Translations under genes and position numbers: made by a program
Notes under the pieces: model-generated
Database searches by the model: none
The model's input: only the letters and a program-made list of their open reading frames with translations
Told to the model about the DNA's origin: nothing
Assembly: GCA_965552135.1 (NCBI GenBank)
Contig: CBEVQY010000009.1
Location: 8,240-72,239, forward strand
DNA from: an uncultured bacterium
GTDB lineage: Bacteria; UBP14; UBA6098; B30-G16
Length of the DNA: 64,000 nucleotides
Direction: 5' to 3'
In this document: positions 55,167 to 62,319 of the stretch, one piece after another
Position numbering within the stretch: the stretch's first letter is position 1
Layout of the letters: each line of letters opens with the position of its first letter

Positions 55167-55213
55167 TTTCCCCTTTCGGAGCAAAGGGAGCGGATTTATC
55201 TTTTGGAAAAGCT

Positions 55214-55675
55214 ATGCTCTGGGCGTCGGTGGGAATAGGTCTTGTTGTGAGCCTGCTTTTTGCCGAGTGGCTTGGTCTTGCGGCAGGCGGACTCGTCGTG
55301 CCGGGGTATGTCGCCCTCTTCTGGCACAAGCCGCTGCAGATAGTCGGGACGTCCGTGGCGGCTGCGCTCGCACTCGCAACGCTTAAGATCATCTCTACAA
55401 AAGCCTTCATCTACGGAAGGCGAAGGCTTGTGCTCACCATACTCCTCGGGTTCATCTTCGGGTCGCTTATGAGGTACGTTGCATCCCGGAGCGGGCTTGC
55501 GCCCTACCTCTCGTTCGACCCGATAGGGTACGTCATCCCGGGCCTTATGGCCTACTGGATGGAGAAGCAGGGGGTCGTTGAGACGGCGTCGGCGCTCGTT
55601 GTGGCGAGCATCATAGTTAGGCTCGTCGTCATCCTCATAAACGGCGGGTCCCCCATACACGAGGTTTGGTTCTGA
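55214..55675 (+). CDS. pgsC: Poly-gamma-glutamate biosynthesis membrane protein PgsC/CapC
   Basis: MLWASVGIGLVVSLLFAEWLGLAAGGLVVPGYVALF...IGYVIPGLMAYWMEKQG closely parallels B. subtilis PgsC as I remember it (AGLVVPGYLAL, IGVIVPGLIANTIQRQG). The start was moved to ATG 55214. Confidence 0.85.
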   Translation: MLWASVGIGLVVSLLFAEWLGLAAGGLVVPGYVALFWHKPLQIVGTSVAAALALATLKIISTKAFIYGRRRLVLTILLGFIFGSLMRYVASRSGLAPYLSFDPIGYVIPGLMAYWMEKQGVVETASALVVASIIVRLVVILINGGSPIHEVWF

Positions 55676-56784
55676 TGTTCTGGCGCACGACACGTGTAGG
55701 CAAAGGGGCGCTTGTTTTCCTTGCCTTGGTTGGGCTTGCACTCATCGCCGTCGTCGAGGGCACGCTTCATGTGGTAAAGCTTCCGTGGTTCGAGCAGAAG
55801 CTTTCGGCAGCAAAGCTTGCCGCAAGGGCGCAGGAGGTGATACGCTCCGCGGTCGCCGAAAGGCGCATCGTCGTCGACCCCATAACCGACCCCAACGAGA
55901 CGGGCCTTATAGGCGAGCAGTTCACCCTGATAACCACCGACCAGGGCGACCTGGAGGCGAAGCTCACCACCACAGATCCCAACTGGGCGGCGGTCGTTGT
56001 GCACATGCTCAAGCTTGCGGGTGTTGAGCGCGGCGACTACGTCGCGGTATCGTGGACGGGATCGATGCCGGGAATGAATATTGCCGTTCTCGCCGCCTGC
56101 GAGGCTGTTGGGGCAAAGCCCGTGATAATATCGTCCGTCGGCGCGTCGATGTGGGGGGCGAACAATCCCGACTTCGCCTGGCTCGATATGGAGAGGGTCC
56201 TTTACGAGCGCGGGGTTTTCCACCACAGGAGCGTTGCCGCTTCGATAGGCGGTCGCGGCGACAGGGGCGGAAACCTCTCGCCCGAGGGACGAAGGCTTTG
56301 CCGCGAAATCGTCAAACGAAACGGAATACCCCTCATCGAGGAGCAGACCCTCGATGATGCGATAAAAAAGCGCTACGAGACCTTCATGAGCCATCTGCCG
56401 CCGGGCAAGCGATACAAAGCCTACGTCAACGTCGGCGGTGGGCTCGCATCCATCGGCTCCTTCTACAACCTCGAGATAATCCCCGCGGGGCTTGTGAAAA
56501 CACTCCCCCGAAGGAACTACCCCGTTCGCGGAACGATGATCCTCTTCGGCGAGAAGGGCGTTCCCATAATATGCTTGACCAACATAAAGGCGCTTGCGCA
56601 CAGGTACGGCATGCCCATTGCGCCGCATCCGCTGCCTGAGCCCCCGGCCGGCGGAATATTCTTCGAAAAGCACTACAGAACTGATCTTGTCACGGCTATG
56701 CTTGCCTTCTACGCCGCACTCACGTTCTTTGTGATACGGATAGACGTCAGGGAGTACCTTCGTCGCAGGCGGAGGAGGTCGTGA
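55675..56784 (+). CDS. Poly-gamma-glutamate system protein (PgsC-associated family)
   Basis: N-terminal TM helix, then GLIGEQFTLITTDQGDLEAKLTTTDPNWAAVVVHML...SWTGSMPGMNIA. This resembles the family usually found next to pgsB/pgsC (from memory). The start overlaps the pgsC stop (TGATG). Confidence 0.7.
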   Translation: MFWRTTRVGKGALVFLALVGLALIAVVEGTLHVVKLPWFEQKLSAAKLAARAQEVIRSAVAERRIVVDPITDPNETGLIGEQFTLITTDQGDLEAKLTTTDPNWAAVVVHMLKLAGVERGDYVAVSWTGSMPGMNIAVLAACEAVGAKPVIISSVGASMWGANNPDFAWLDMERVLYERGVFHHRSVAASIGGRGDRGGNLSPEGRRLCREIVKRNGIPLIEEQTLDDAIKKRYETFMSHLPPGKRYKAYVNVGGGLASIGSFYNLEIIPAGLVKTLPRRNYPVRGTMILFGEKGVPIICLTNIKALAHRYGMPIAPHPLPEPPAGGIFFEKHYRTDLVTAMLAFYAALTFFVIRIDVREYLRRRRRRS

Positions 56785-57329
56785 TGGCGCGAGCCTGGGT
56801 GGCAACCCTCGCTGTGTGTGCCGTTCTTTTTGCCGGCGCGGCTCTGTACGTGGTCGATTCGGCGAGGTGCATAGGTTGCCGGCAGTGCGTGGCGGTTTGC
56901 CCTGTGGGCGCCATCCAGGTGGTCGGCGGCAAGGCGGTGATAGACCCCCAAAAGTGCATAGGCTGCGGCAAGTGCGCCCTCGTTTGCCCAACGAAGGCAA
57001 TCTCCAAGGTGGCTCCAGCCGGCACGACGGCGGTCGAAGTCCGGGAGACCACAGCAACCGCCACAGTGGCCGACTCTGCCGAAACCCTTTCTGTCGACAC
57101 CCTCGCCGTGCGAAGGGCTTTCGTCGACACCTCGCGCTGCGTGGGGTGCAAGCTGTGCCTTCGGGCGTGCCCTGTGGGCGCAATAGAGATAATAAAGGGC
57201 AAGGCGGTGATAGATCCCGAAAAGTGCATAGGCTGCGGCAAGTGCGTCTCCGTGTGTCCTGTCAAGGCTATATCGTGGGTCGGCGATGAAGGTGGTGGTG
57301 GGGACATCGAACAGGGACAAGTTCGCTGA
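56784..57329 (+). CDS. Membrane-anchored tandem 2x[4Fe-4S] ferredoxin-domain protein
   Basis: N-terminal hydrophobic segment and four CxxCxxCxxxCP motifs in two duplicated halves. The start overlaps the upstream stop. The 3' end overlaps rdgB by 44 nt. Confidence 0.8.
   Translation: MARAWVATLAVCAVLFAGAALYVVDSARCIGCRQCVAVCPVGAIQVVGGKAVIDPQKCIGCGKCALVCPTKAISKVAPAGTTAVEVRETTATATVADSAETLSVDTLAVRRAFVDTSRCVGCKLCLRACPVGAIEIIKGKAVIDPEKCIGCGKCVSVCPVKAISWVGDEGGGGDIEQGQVR
56928..56976 (+). repeat. Intragenic direct repeat, copy 1
   Basis: GGCAAGGCGGTGATAGACCCCCAAAAGTGCATAGGCTGCGGCAAGTGCG. It differs at 2 positions from the copy at 57198-57246. Confidence 0.9.
57198..57246 (+). repeat. Intragenic direct repeat, copy 2
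   Basis: GGCAAGGCGGTGATAGATCCCGAAAAGTGCATAGGCTGCGGCAAGTGCG, offset 270 bp from copy 1. Confidence 0.9.
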
Positions 57330-57963
57330 GATAGTGGAGATTTTGCGTCCCGATGAGCTTGGCGTTGAGCTTGTCTTCGGCGGTGATCTGGTGGATTCAC
57401 CGCCCCCCGAGACCGGTTCTGACTTTCTGGAGAACGCGACGCTTAAGGCGAGGTTTTACAGCGAGGCGAGCGGTCTGCCCGCCATCGCCGACGACTCCGG
57501 GCTTGTTGTGGATGCGCTTGGCGGCGCGCCGGGCGTTATGTCGGCGCGATATGCCGGCGAGGGCTGCTCGTACGAAGAGAACAACAGAAAGCTTTTGCGC
57601 AAGCTTTCGGGCGTGCGGGGGGAGGACCGCAGGGCGCGCTTCGTATGCGTTGCCGTGCTGTGGATGCCCGACGGGAAAAGCTTCTCCACCGCCGGAACGC
57701 TCGAGGGCAGAATAGCCGAAAGCCCGCGCGGAAGCGGCGGCTTCGGATACGACCCAATATTCGAGCTCCCCGACGGAAGGACAGTCGCACAGCTCTCCCG
57801 TGCCGAGAAAAACAGAATAAGTCACCGCGCCAAGGCGTTCGTGCAGATGCGCGGAGTGCTGGCCGTCGTGGCTAAGATGTGGAAAAGCCTACATACTGAA
57901 GGGGACGGGCGTAAAGGTGAGGACGAAGATGGCGAGGCAGATGTATCCAACAGCCGTTCGTGA
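57286..57963 (+). CDS. rdgB: dITP/XTP pyrophosphatase RdgB/HAM1 family
   Basis: MKVVVGTSNRDKFAEI...ADDSGLVVDALGGAPGV...GFGYDPIF...RISHRAKA. The ~30-aa acidic tail overlaps the convergent S2P gene by 75 nt. Confidence 0.9.
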   Translation: MKVVVGTSNRDKFAEIVEILRPDELGVELVFGGDLVDSPPPETGSDFLENATLKARFYSEASGLPAIADDSGLVVDALGGAPGVMSARYAGEGCSYEENNRKLLRKLSGVRGEDRRARFVCVAVLWMPDGKSFSTAGTLEGRIAESPRGSGGFGYDPIFELPDGRTVAQLSRAEKNRISHRAKAFVQMRGVLAVVAKMWKSLHTEGDGRKGEDEDGEADVSNSRS

Positions 57964-58782
57964 TGCGCCAAGGGGTGCGTCGGGGTTGATGAGCGGGGGA
58001 TGCCGCACGCCGAGGATGAACATCACCAAAAGCGCCCAGAAAAGCCATCCAAGCCAGAAGAAGCCGAGGGGGATAAGCCCCAAAAGGACGATGCGGTAGA
58101 TCCTGTATGCTCTCTCTCCCCACAGGGCGTATGCGATGTGCCCTCCGTCGAGCTGACCTATGGGCAGCAGGTTGAGCGACGTGACGAAAAGCCCAAGCCA
58201 TGCCGCAAAAGCCATAGGCGAAAGGTAAAGCTCCATCTGCGGCGGCGGTGAGCCGTGGATGAGGTATACGACGAGTTTGAGTATAAGTGAGCTTCCCAGG
58301 CGAATCCCCGCCACAACTTCCTTCGTCGGAACGAACTTCGACGTATATACGCCGTAGACGAGCACAGGGATCGCGACTATGAACCCTGCCAGCGGTCCTG
58401 ATGCGCCGATGTCCATGAGGGCGCGCCTGTCGACTATGCGCTCGCGTATCCTTATGAACGCGCCGAACGTCCCCACAAGCGTGGGCGCCGGAATGAAGTA
58501 TGGCAGCGTTGCGCGGATGTTGTGGAACCTCGAGGCGAAGTAATGCCCCATCTCGTGCACGCCGAGGATGAAAAGGAGCGGCACGGAGAAGCGAAGCCCG
58601 GAAAGAACTCTCCGCAGGTCAAAGCCCTCCCCCTCCGACATAAGCGCCCCGGCGAGGGTCGTCGTGCACACGGTCGCAAAAAGGAGAAGCACGTTCACCC
58701 ACCACCTGTCCCTCGGTTGCGGTGGGCGAAGATGCTCGAACGAAACGAACTTCCCCTGCGGAAAATGGCTCAGTTCACTCAT
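57889..58782 (-). CDS. Site-2 protease family (M50) membrane metalloprotease
   Basis: HEMGHYFASRFH (HExxH) within a polytopic membrane protein, plus the LPIGQLDGGH motif. Confidence 0.88.
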   Translation of the reverse strand: MSELSHFPQGKFVSFEHLRPPQPRDRWWVNVLLLFATVCTTTLAGALMSEGEGFDLRRVLSGLRFSVPLLFILGVHEMGHYFASRFHNIRATLPYFIPAPTLVGTFGAFIRIRERIVDRRALMDIGASGPLAGFIVAIPVLVYGVYTSKFVPTKEVVAGIRLGSSLILKLVVYLIHGSPPPQMELYLSPMAFAAWLGLFVTSLNLLPIGQLDGGHIAYALWGERAYRIYRIVLLGLIPLGFFWLGWLFWALLVMFILGVRHPPLINPDAPLGASRTAVGYICLAIFVLTFTPVPFSM

Positions 58783-59734
58783 CCCCCCTGTAGCCGGAAA
58801 GGTATATGAATCTCCCCAAAAGCTTCACGTATTCCGAGAATTCGCCCTTTGTGGGCAGGTCCCTTTCGATTATGTGCTGGACGCCGCCTGCCTGGGCGTC
58901 GAGCATGTCGGCGTGGTGGAGCACGATCGCCTCGAGGGTCTTCGGAACCACAGGTGAACCCGCCTCAAGCTCGCCGTGGTGGGAGAGCACAAGGTGCAAA
59001 AGCTCGTCCCTGAGCCTTTCGGGGAACTCCCCAAGCTTGCGGATCGCCTCGTCGACCATCATCGCGCCCAAAACGACGTGCCCCAAAAGCCTGCCCCGGG
59101 GCGTGTAGTCGAAAAAGCCGTGGATCGATATCTCCTCGACTTTGCCGATATCGTGCAGGAGGGCGCCGGCAACCAGAAGATCCCTGCGGGCGCTCGGGTA
59201 GAAGCTGCTTGCCGTGTCGCAAATCCTTGCGACCTTTAGAGTGTGCTCGATAAGCCCGCCAACGTAAGCGCCGTGCCAAAGTTTGGCGGCAGGATACGTG
59301 GAAAACCTTTCGGCAAAATCGCTTTCGGGAACAAATATGCTGCGCAAAAGCTTTCCAAGGTGCTCGTCCTCAACCGTGTCGACCACTTCCTCCAGTCTGC
59401 GCCAGAGCGCGGCGGGCGTATACCTCCCCTTCGGCAAAAGCTCCAAAAGCGATACCTCGCCGGGCTGCGCCCTCCTGACGCTCTCTATCGAAAGCCACCT
59501 CTGACCCTTGTACTCCGTCCCCCGCCCCCTGATCCTGACGGCATCGCCTTCCGAAAGCTCCTCCGCCAGCGCTACGGCGTCCTCGCCCCAGTAGCTGCCC
59601 CTGATCCTGCCGCGAGAACACCCAAGCTCCATCACCAAAAATGGCTTGCCCTCGTGGTGACGAAGCTCAAGCCACCTTATGGCGAAAAACTCATCCACAA
59701 CCTCACCAAGACCTATGTTGCGTATGTGGCTCAT
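58775..59734 (-). CDS. OB-fold plus HD-domain phosphohydrolase (YhaM-like 3'-5' exoribonuclease)
   Basis: N-terminal OB-like region and an HD domain (GGLIEHTLKV...LLHDIGK...SHHG). Confidence 0.75.
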   Translation of the reverse strand: MSHIRNIGLGEVVDEFFAIRWLELRHHEGKPFLVMELGCSRGRIRGSYWGEDAVALAEELSEGDAVRIRGRGTEYKGQRWLSIESVRRAQPGEVSLLELLPKGRYTPAALWRRLEEVVDTVEDEHLGKLLRSIFVPESDFAERFSTYPAAKLWHGAYVGGLIEHTLKVARICDTASSFYPSARRDLLVAGALLHDIGKVEEISIHGFFDYTPRGRLLGHVVLGAMMVDEAIRKLGEFPERLRDELLHLVLSHHGELEAGSPVVPKTLEAIVLHHADMLDAQAGGVQHIIERDLPTKGEFSEYVKLLGRFIYLSGYRGDE

Positions 59735-60573
59735 CTTTTGGAGATGCGTCTTATGACCTGTGTGTCGATTTCGACTTTTGCCGCGGCGCGAAGCGAGTCG
59801 ACGAGGTTGCGCAAAGCCTCCCCAAAGCGCTCTTCGAAGATGCGCTGTCGTATCTTTTCGTAAACCTCCCCAAGCGAGCGGACCGTGCCCGCGGGCTTCT
59901 TGTCCACAACGAAGAAGAAGTGGTATCCGTTCTGCGTCCTAAGTGGACCGACCACCTCGCCAACTCCCGCCCTAAAGACCGGTCGCACAAGCGAGGGGAG
60001 TATATCGGCTTTGCCGAACCAGCCGATGTCGCAGCTGTCTTTTTCCGAAAACTCCCTCGAGAATCGCCTTGCCACCTGGCAGAACGGCTCGCCTGCGGCA
60101 AGCAGCTTCTTCACCGTGTCGGCGGTGGCTTTATCGGGCACGATTATGTGCAGGGCGTGGACTTCGTCGTGCTCGCGGACGAAGTCGCCCTGGTGGCTGC
60201 GGTAGTAGAGCTCCACGTCGCGCTCGCTCACCTTTATCGTCGGCGCAACCAGCTTCTGCCGCAGGAACTCCACGAGGATCTTTCGCCTTGCGGCAGCGAG
60301 CTTCCGCGCCGTCTCGGGGTCATCCTCCGCGCCGCGGGAGAGGGCGTAGTTGGCAAGCAGAACGTCGTCCACCCACTCGCCCACGATCGAAAGCCACTGC
60401 TCGAGGGTCACGTCGCCCCTGAACTCCGGCGGAACGTACTCCACAAGCTCGTCTGTGGTGAGGATTTCGCCGTCGACGGCGGCGACGGCGTTGTGTGGCT
60501 TCTCCTCGTGGCCGCAGCCCTGAATGCAAAAAGCCGCCACTGCGAGCAGAAGATGTGGCAGGACCCTGTTCAT
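59731..60573 (-). CDS. Parvulin-type peptidyl-prolyl isomerase lipoprotein (PrsA/SurA-like)
   Basis: Lipobox AFCIQGC and parvulin core HALHIIV...GWFGKADILP...GPLRTQNGYHFFFV. The start was moved to ATG 60573. Confidence 0.85.
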   Translation of the reverse strand: MNRVLPHLLLAVAAFCIQGCGHEEKPHNAVAAVDGEILTTDELVEYVPPEFRGDVTLEQWLSIVGEWVDDVLLANYALSRGAEDDPETARKLAAARRKILVEFLRQKLVAPTIKVSERDVELYYRSHQGDFVREHDEVHALHIIVPDKATADTVKKLLAAGEPFCQVARRFSREFSEKDSCDIGWFGKADILPSLVRPVFRAGVGEVVGPLRTQNGYHFFFVVDKKPAGTVRSLGEVYEKIRQRIFEERFGEALRNLVDSLRAAAKVEIDTQVIRRISKR

Positions 60574-60619
60574 GGGGGTGTTGGCGGGGTCGCAACCGCG
60601 CGACCCCGCACGCAAACGG

Positions 60620-62308
60620 CTATCTCCTCGCGTGTTGCGCCTCGCCGTAGCGAGACTTGTCTATCGTCTTCTCGATCTCGGATTCGTAAATCTTGACGCC
60701 GTACTTCGCCTTCGCTTGCTCCACCCACTGCTTGTACCTCTCCTGCCGCATCTTGTTGCGCAGGCGCGACTTGATGATGCGCTTGACCGACTCAAACGGC
60801 TTCACCTGCGGCGGACGAACCTCAACAAGCTTTATAACCGAATACTTCCCCTGGAACGGTATGGGCTGCGGGTAGATCTCACCGGGCTTTATGGTCTTTG
60901 CGGCTTTGAAGAGCTCGGGGTACCGCCTTTCGGAGAAGAACCCCAGGTCACCCCCTTTGTCCTTAGTGTAGGCGCGCAGGGAGTGCTTCTTCGCGAGGGA
61001 GGCGAAGTCGGCTCCCTTCTTAAGCTTTGCGATTAGGTCTTCGGCTTCCTTGCGCGTCGCAACCTGGATCTCGAGGACGTGGACCTTCTCGGGGTCCATG
61101 AAGGAGTCGGGGTGGGCGTCGTAGAAGGCGCGGATCTGCTCCTCGGTTGGCTCAACGCCCTTGTAGAGGTAGTTCTTGCGGAAGGCGTTTATCATAAGCC
61201 GCTCGAGCTGCTCGGTGTAAAGCTTTTTGTAGACGTCGGTCTGCTCGATGTTAAGCTCGTCCGCCTTCTTTTGGAGAAGGTCGGTCTGCAGCATGTTCTT
61301 GACGAACTCCCTGAGTCCGTCGGCGTCGGTTATCTTCGGCTTCCTGAAGGGTGGGAGTGTTCGGTACGCCGAGTCGAGCGAGGCTATCGTCCACTTCCCG
61401 TACTTCCAGGTGCAAAGCTCCATCGAAAGCTTCTCCGGCGAGAAGGATGGTTCGCCGCCTTCCTGCGAGCTCTTCTGGAACGCGTCCAGAACGACCTTGA
61501 CCGCGTCGTCGTTGAACTTGAAGCCCGCATCGTTGAAGACGTCCTCTATGATCTTGCGGGCAAGCTCGACCCGCTTGCGCCTCATAAGGCTTTTCGTTAT
61601 GCGCTCCTTCTCCTCCTCGTAGGGTTTGACGCGGTCGTTGGGCTTTCTGTCCACAAGCTTTATTATGTGCCAGCCGAAGCGGGTCTTCACGGGCTTTGAG
61701 AGCTCGCCGGGTTTGAGGGCGTATGCGGCGTCCTCGAAGGGCGCAACCATGGTGAGGGCAGTGAACTCCCCAAGGTCGCCGCCCCTGTCCTTGTTCGAGC
61801 GATCCTCGGAGTAGATCTTTGCCAGCGAATCGAAGTCGGCGCCGTTCTGGAGCATGGCGTATATGGAATCGGCAAGTGCCTTGCTCTTGACGAGAATGTG
61901 CTTCGCGTGCAGCTTCACCTTCATCCGCTCGTAGACCGCTTTGATCTCCTGCTCAGGTATATCCTGCACCTTCTGTTCGACCTCAAGCTTATAGAGCGCG
62001 TTGAGGCGGATGTTCTTCTTCCTGCCCTCCATCTGCTTTAGGATTTCGGGGTCTTTGTCGAGTCCGGCGTCGTATGCGCCCAGGACGAGGAGCTTGTCCT
62101 CGACGAGCGATTCAACTCGTCTTTTGCGCGCTTCAAGCTCGTCCTCGAAGCTCTTGAACCGCGCGGGACCCATCGCCTTGTTGAGGTCGTCGGCGGTTAT
62201 GGTGTATTTCCCGACCTTCGCCACCACACCGGGCTGTGGTCCAGCGCAGCCGCCCAAAAGCAAAGCCACTGCCAAAGCGGCGAAGAAGGCTGCAGAAGTC
62301 CTCGTCAT
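60620..62308 (-). CDS. SurA/PpiD-like periplasmic chaperone with two parvulin domains
   Basis: Lipoprotein signal LLLGGCAG and two PPIase cores (HAKHILV...KTRFGWHIIKL and VHVLEIQV...). Confidence 0.85.
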   Translation of the reverse strand: MTRTSAAFFAALAVALLLGGCAGPQPGVVAKVGKYTITADDLNKAMGPARFKSFEDELEARKRRVESLVEDKLLVLGAYDAGLDKDPEILKQMEGRKKNIRLNALYKLEVEQKVQDIPEQEIKAVYERMKVKLHAKHILVKSKALADSIYAMLQNGADFDSLAKIYSEDRSNKDRGGDLGEFTALTMVAPFEDAAYALKPGELSKPVKTRFGWHIIKLVDRKPNDRVKPYEEEKERITKSLMRRKRVELARKIIEDVFNDAGFKFNDDAVKVVLDAFQKSSQEGGEPSFSPEKLSMELCTWKYGKWTIASLDSAYRTLPPFRKPKITDADGLREFVKNMLQTDLLQKKADELNIEQTDVYKKLYTEQLERLMINAFRKNYLYKGVEPTEEQIRAFYDAHPDSFMDPEKVHVLEIQVATRKEAEDLIAKLKKGADFASLAKKHSLRAYTKDKGGDLGFFSERRYPELFKAAKTIKPGEIYPQPIPFQGKYSVIKLVEVRPPQVKPFESVKRIIKSRLRNKMRQERYKQWVEQAKAKYGVKIYESEIEKTIDKSRYGEAQHARR

Positions 62309-62319
62309 TTCTCACCTCC

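Noticed and set aside
55171-55200. Hairpin CCCTTT-cggagc-AAAGGG after pth as a terminator
   Set aside because: The stem is only 6 bp and is not directly followed by a T-tract. That is too weak to call.
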